Source: the human T2T-CHM13v2.0 reference genome, Homo sapiens. Taken from it: a stretch of 64,000 nt of DNA. The notes beneath the pieces were generated by a model. That model was not told where the DNA came from, ran no database searches, and worked only from the letters and a program-made list of their open reading frames with translations. Position 1 is the first letter of the stretch, and the number at the start of each line of letters is the position of its first letter. Shown piece after piece: positions 61,412 through 64,000 of this stretch. The position numbers were made by a program, and so were the translations under genes. Where the stretch lies: the NCBI RefSeq assembly GCF_009914755.1, contig NC_060929.1; one strand, written 5' to 3'.

Positions 61412-61737
61412 TTTTTTTGGTTGTTGTTGTTTTGTTTTGTTTTTGTTTGTTTGTTTGTTTGAGACAGAGTCCTGCTCTGTCACCCAGGCTGGAGTGCAGT
61501 GGCACAATCGGCTCACTGCAAGCTTCGCCTCCCGGGTTCACGCCATTCTCCTGCCTCAGCCTCCCGAGTAGCTGGGACTACAGGTGCCCGCCACCACGCC
61601 CAGCTAATTTTTTGTATTTTTAGTAGAGACGGGTTTCACCATGTTAGCCAGGATGATCTCGATCTCCTGACCTCGTGATCCGCCCGCCTCGGCCTCCCAA
61701 AGTGCTGGGATTACAGGCGTGAGCCACCGTGCCTGGC
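61412..61737 (-). mobile_element. AluY
   Basis: Y diagnostics and retained CpGs; (GTTT)n tail; TSD tccagta. Confidence 0.95.
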
Positions 61738-61923
61738 TCCAGTAACTTTTAAAGAGCACTTAGACTCCCAAATCCACTTAAAAAAAAAGTCTTCTCTTTT
61801 TTCTATACCCAATGAAATAAAAATAGGTTTTTAAAGGAAGAAATATAAAACAAGTTGTAATTGGTGGCATGTACTACCATAGCAAAAGTCCTTACTCAAG
61901 TGACTGACACGGAAAAATCACCC

Positions 61924-62288
61924 TGATGTGGTTTGTCTCTGTGTCCCCCTCAAATTTCATTTCGAATTGTAATCCCCACATGTTGGAGGAGGGGCCTGGT
62001 GGGGGATGATTGGATCATGGGGGTGGATTTCTCCCTTGCTATTCTCATGATAATGAGTGAGTTCTCATGAGATCTGATGGTTTAAAAGTGTGGCACTTCC
62101 CTTCGCTCCCTCTCCTCCTGCCACCATGTAAGATATGCCTTGCTTCCCCTTCACCTTCTGCCATGATTGTAAGTTTCCTGAGACCTCCCCAGCCATGCAG
62201 AACTGTAAGTCAATTAAACATCTTTTGTTTATAAATTATGCAGTCTGAGGGTAGTATCTTTATAGTAGTGTAAGAACATATTAAAACA
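61924..62288 (+). mobile_element. MSTA/THE1D-like solo LTR
   Basis: tgatgtggtttgtctctgtgtcccc...ttaaaaca; TSD caccc/catcc. Confidence 0.9.
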
Positions 62289-62320
62289 CATCCCTCTGGA
62301 AATTTAATAATGATGGTAGT

Positions 62321-62779
62321 TGTATTTGTTTCCTAGGGCTACTGTAACAAAGTCCCGCAAAGTAGGTGGCTTAAGTAGGAGAAATTCATTGTCCCACAGT
62401 TCCAGAAGCTAGAAGTCCAAGATCAAGGTGTCAGCAGGATTGGTTCCTTCAGAGGGCTGTGAGGGAGAATCTGTCCCATGCCTCTCCCCTAGCTTCTGAT
62501 GGTTTTCTGGCAATCTTTGGTGTTCCTTGGCTTCTGCAATATCACCCCAATCTCTGCCTTCATGTTCATATGGCATTCCCCCATATGCATATCTGTATCC
62601 AAATTTCCCCCTTTGTAAGGATACCAGTCATATTGGATCCGGGCCCACTCTACTCCAGTAGGTCCTCATCTAGCCAACTACATCTGCAACAACCCTATTT
62701 CCAAATAAGGTCACATTCTGAGATGCTAGGGATTAGGACTCCAGCATGTGAATTTTTGAGGGACAGAACTCCACCTACA
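62321..62779 (-). mobile_element. MLT1C-like LTR
   Basis: tgtatttgtttcctagggctactgtaacaaag...aagtccaagatcaaggtgtcagcagg...ctatttccaaataaggtcacattctgag. Confidence 0.88.
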
Positions 62780-63867
62780 GTGGGGGGGGTTATGAAGCTC
62801 AGATGTATTAGCCTCCCTGTTTGTCCTTACTTTGAGATAAAGCTTAAAAAGAATCTTGTCATCCAAATTAGACTCTTTTCTGCCAAAGGGCAGCATTCTG
62901 ACTGAAGAGGAAGGTTGGGATGGAAGGCAGCCATGGCATCCAAGGCACGGGCCCCACGTGAAACAACAGTAATACTAAGAATTTACTTTCGTAACTGATA
63001 GCTCTTAGAAAAAGAGGCGTATTTGTAACCCCAGTTACAGTACTTTGCTTTGACTGAAAAGTCAATTTCAACTGTTCATTATGAGCACATTCCTTTTCCC
63101 TGAAGTTCCATCAAAATGCAAATATAGACATGTGGGACATGAGGGATCTTCTTGCTTTAACAAACACATATACAAAATGATTTCTAGCAATTAAAATGAC
63201 AGCTTCAATAATCATCTGATCTCTCACATCATCTGCCCCTTGAATCATAAATATAGTCATGAGAGAGCCTTCAAAAACATTAATTGGAGCAAATGATGTA
63301 TTTTCTCATTTTCTTTAGAGTTTTCCTCAAAAATTTCATAGAAGCATCAAATTAATGAGCTTGAAACAATTGTGGGAATTGTTCAGTGTAGGGATTTCGA
63401 GGGGTGCTCAGGAAAGCCCTGAGAGTTCATTCAAGTCCAGAAGGGTAGAGGCATGTGTGGTGGGTGGGTAGAGTAGTGGGGCAATGGGGAGGAGACTGGG
63501 AGGAAAGAGATTCTGGACAGTTGGCCCACCTGCAGCCCACCTGATCAGGGCACTCTCCTTTCATCTAATGTACATATTGTTGCTATGTTTGAAGAAAGTA
63601 TTTCACATTTTATAAAAGTAAGAAAATTTAGACCCAGAGAAATTGTGATTTATTGAAATTCCTGTAGCTAGCCAAGTGAGCAGCAGAGCTGAATGAGAAT
63701 CAAAGTTTTCTTCTGTCCATCCATACATACTAAGCTACATCTCTCCCAACTTCATACAAATGCAAGAAGGAAACTCACTACAGGTTCATTTAAGGCAAAT
63801 ATGCTGTCTGCCTTGATCTGGTGATTTATGACAACTCAATCCATGTCTTCATAAAAATAACCAAGCT

Positions 63868-64000
63868 GGCTAGGTGCAGTGTGGCTCATGCCTGTAATCC
63901 CAGCACTTTGGGAGGCCAAGGTGGGCGGATCATGAGGTTAGGAGTTCAAGACCAGCCTGGCCAACATGATGAAACCCCATCTCTACTAAAAATACAAAAA
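63868..64000 (+). mobile_element. Alu left arm running off the window end
   Basis: ggctaggtgcagtgtggctcatgcctgtaatcccagcactttggg...ctactaaaaatacaaaaa. Confidence 0.92.

Noticed and set aside
62459-62905. 148-aa ORF
   Set aside because: Lies mostly within an MLT1C LTR.
63462-63500. G-run cluster resembling a G-quadruplex
   Set aside because: Loops of 8-9 nt, intergenic, no functional context.

Overview
Human (primate) genomic DNA, AT-rich and dense in repeats. The first 14.7 kb carry the last three coding exons and the 3' UTR of ADGRV1 (VLGR1/GPR98/USH2C) on the + strand. The exons are 535-726, 3726-3903 and 14284-14402. They splice in frame through canonical GT-AG sites and encode the end of TM7 and the cytoplasmic tail, ending in the PDZ-binding motif DTHL-stop, with AATAAA at 14700. 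The remaining ~49 kb has no supportable protein-coding gene. It consists of Alu, L1, L2, MIR, MaLR/ERV1 LTRs and hAT/Tigger DNA transposons, including several nested insertions with readable target-site duplications (TSDs). Nearly all ORFs in the track are repeat-derived or chance. I found no convincing new biological system. The best leads are a complete antisense exon signature across the ADGRV1 stop codon, splicing-fragile architecture at exons 88/89, a ~31-unit GGAA array, a tandem palindromic AT-rich minisatellite, a CpG-rich MIR patch and a motif-dense enhancer candidate. Repeat subfamily names and exon numbers are recalled from memory, not from a database search.
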